Below are positions 35,274 through 35,711 of a stretch of 35,711 bases of DNA, one piece after another; within the stretch, counting starts at the first letter, position 1; the number at the start of each line of letters is the position of its first letter. This DNA is from a virus. Taxonomy: Duplodnaviria > Caudoviricetes. The position numbers were made by a program, and so were the translations under genes. The stretch lies in the IMG/VR virus record IMGVR_UViG_3300006896_000003, positions 1-35,711 of that record; one strand, given 5' to 3'. Below the pieces are notes generated by a model. That model did no database searches. It worked only from the letters and a program-made list of their open reading frames with translations, and was not told the DNA's origin.

Positions 35274-35562
35274 AAAGGCCGGCAGGGATGTATTAACCGG
35301 ATGGAAGATAGACAGGGAAGAAAAAGAGATATATAAAGAGGCGCTTAATGAGAGCGAAAAGAAGCTGGCTGAACTAAAAGATGTAGTTGGCGAAGAGTTC
35401 GCAAATATTAAGGCGGCCCACGAAGAGGACAGGGCTGAGTGGAAAAGAGCCCTACACAAGGCGAGAGCGCCGGGCGTTGGTGTATTTGCAGGGGTAGGGT
35501 ACACAACCAACCAAGAATTTGAGGGAGTTGTCGGGGTTGGCATTGTTTTAAAAATATGGTAG
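35131..35562 (+). CDS. Outer-membrane spanin-like partner with signal peptide and C-terminal beta-hairpin
   Basis: MRKSSPLLLLTVLLLSLFLCWSRAEA signal, coiled coil, GVGVFAGVGY..GVVGVGIVLKIW ending in an aromatic residue. Starts inside the Rz-like gene in another frame. Confidence 0.6.
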   Translation: MRKSSPLLLLTVLLLSLFLCWSRAEASAEIEYVPKGWTSQAEGYWLTEKAGRDVLTGWKIDREEKEIYKEALNESEKKLAELKDVVGEEFANIKAAHEEDRAEWKRALHKARAPGVGVFAGVGYTTNQEFEGVVGVGIVLKIW

Positions 35563-35568
35563 ACTTAT

Positions 35569-35595
35569 GCCGCTCTTCGGGGCGGCTATTTTTTT
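35569..35595 (+). terminator. Intrinsic terminator ending the late operon
   Basis: GCCGCTC-TTCG-GGGCGGC followed by TATTTTTTT. Confidence 0.85.
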
Positions 35596-35614
35596 ATCCT
35601 TTTTACTCGACAAG

Positions 35615-35635
35615 GTAACACCAAATGTAACACCA
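35615..35635. repeat. Direct repeat GTAACACCA x2; putative integrase arm-type sites
   Basis: Copies at 35615-35623 and 35627-35635, about 50 bp from the putative att core. Confidence 0.6.
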
Positions 35636-35686
35636 CGGGGACAAGGAAAGCAACAAAGGCAGTCACAGTCGGAACTCACAGAGTTA

Positions 35687-35711
35687 GGTTCGATGTCCGT
35701 TGGGACCGCCA
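35687..35711 (+). other. tRNA 3' fragment (Asp-like); putative att core
   Basis: GGTTCGA..CCGT-TGGGACC-G-CCA reads as T-loop remnant, 3' acceptor strand, discriminator G and CCA. No 5' tRNA half upstream. Confidence 0.6.

Larger units (their letters stand above)
1..35711 (+). mobile_element. Late region of a temperate podovirus-like (pro)phage with N4-gp56-type capsid
   Basis: Co-oriented terminase, portal, scaffold, MCP, adaptor, nozzle, fibre, ejection and lysis genes. No tape measure, tail tube or sheath gene. tRNA 3' fragment at the window end. Confidence 0.93.

Noticed and set aside
5510-35543. Numerous minus-strand ORFs (e.g. 5574-6227, 26876-27571, 29608-30387)
   Set aside because: All are antisense shadows of long, well-supported + strand genes and show no recognisable motifs.
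35640-35711. Complete tRNA gene
   Set aside because: No 5' acceptor strand (GGTCCC), D-arm or anticodon arm; only the 3' fragment is present.
1-35711. Stop-codon reassignment
   Set aside because: Genes are full length in the standard code, and TAA, TAG and TGA all end well-supported genes.

Overview
The window is the late (morphogenesis and lysis) half of a temperate podovirus-like phage with an N4-gp56-type major capsid protein, and every credible gene is on the + strand. Gene order: terS - a 4.5-kb accessory island - terL - portal - scaffold - MCP - decoration protein - three paralogous head-tail adaptors - nozzle - three tail fibre/tip proteins - ejection proteins - a 2.5k-aa LPD38 polyvalent protein - two endolysins - holins - spanin-like pair. 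It ends on a tRNA-Asp-like 3' fragment with short direct repeats nearby, probably the prophage att boundary. The most unusual part is the terS-terL island (555-5070). It holds apparent anti-defence fusions (a Gp49/Acb4-like and a DUF2829/Tad2-like protein), up to four copies of a shared small beta-rich domain, and a metallophosphoesterase. It also holds two densely structured non-coding regions (~125 nt and ~600-740 nt) that share a hairpin motif, an 11-bp iteron-like array with an AT-rich tract, and an unannotated amphipathic peptide ORF. TerL is odd too: it has a second, degenerate nuclease-like domain and co-varying Walker A/B substitutions. All family calls are by eye from motifs and gene order; no searches or folding programs were run.
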